Source: Paraglomus brasilianum (taxonomy: Eukaryota). From it: a stretch of DNA of 36,795 nucleotides. Of this stretch, positions 36,747-36,795 are shown piece after piece (position 1 is the stretch's first letter; every line of letters starts with the position of its first letter). The notes below the pieces were generated by a model. It was given only the letters and a program-made list of their open reading frames with translations. It had not been told where the DNA came from and did not search any database. Position numbers and translations under genes: made by a program. The stretch is from contig CAJVPI010000285.1 of the NCBI GenBank assembly GCA_910592345.1, forward strand, positions 1-36,795, read 5' to 3'.

Positions 36747-36795
36747 TTAAAACAAAACTTTTTTTAAAATTTTTTCTTATTTTTACTTTTTTTTT

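Noticed and set aside
36683..36795. Poly(A) tract as a retroposon tail
   Set aside because: No adjacent element body or target duplication; lies at the window edge in low-complexity sequence, probably an artefact or intronic tract.

Overview
AT-rich, intron-rich eukaryotic DNA, most consistent with an early-diverging fungus (Mucoromycota, probably Glomeromycotina-like; inferred from the BTB-BACK-TLDc gene, intron style and transposon relics). Manual splicing gives 11 genes: a WW-domain/YPPA-repeat/Gly-rich protein (Wwm1-like, +), a BTB-BACK-TLDc protein (+), THUMP protein Tan1 (-), an HSF-type transcription factor (-) with about 7 kb of gene-free upstream DNA, meiotic HOP2 (-), a GCP6-like gamma-tubulin complex subunit (-), PRELI/Ups1 (-), a 4-TM Cys-rich membrane protein (-), a short 4-exon orphan (-), an MFSD1-like transporter (+) and a 5'-truncated HAL/Hrk1-type kinase (-). 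There are also decayed hAT-like and pogo/Tigger-like fragments and microsatellites. I see no CRISPR, rRNA, canonical tRNA or clear multi-gene novel system. The most unusual items are the WW protein carrying its own PPxY array and a perfect 12-bp inverted repeat in the 146-bp GCP6-HOP2 spacer. All family calls come from motif recognition, not from database searches.
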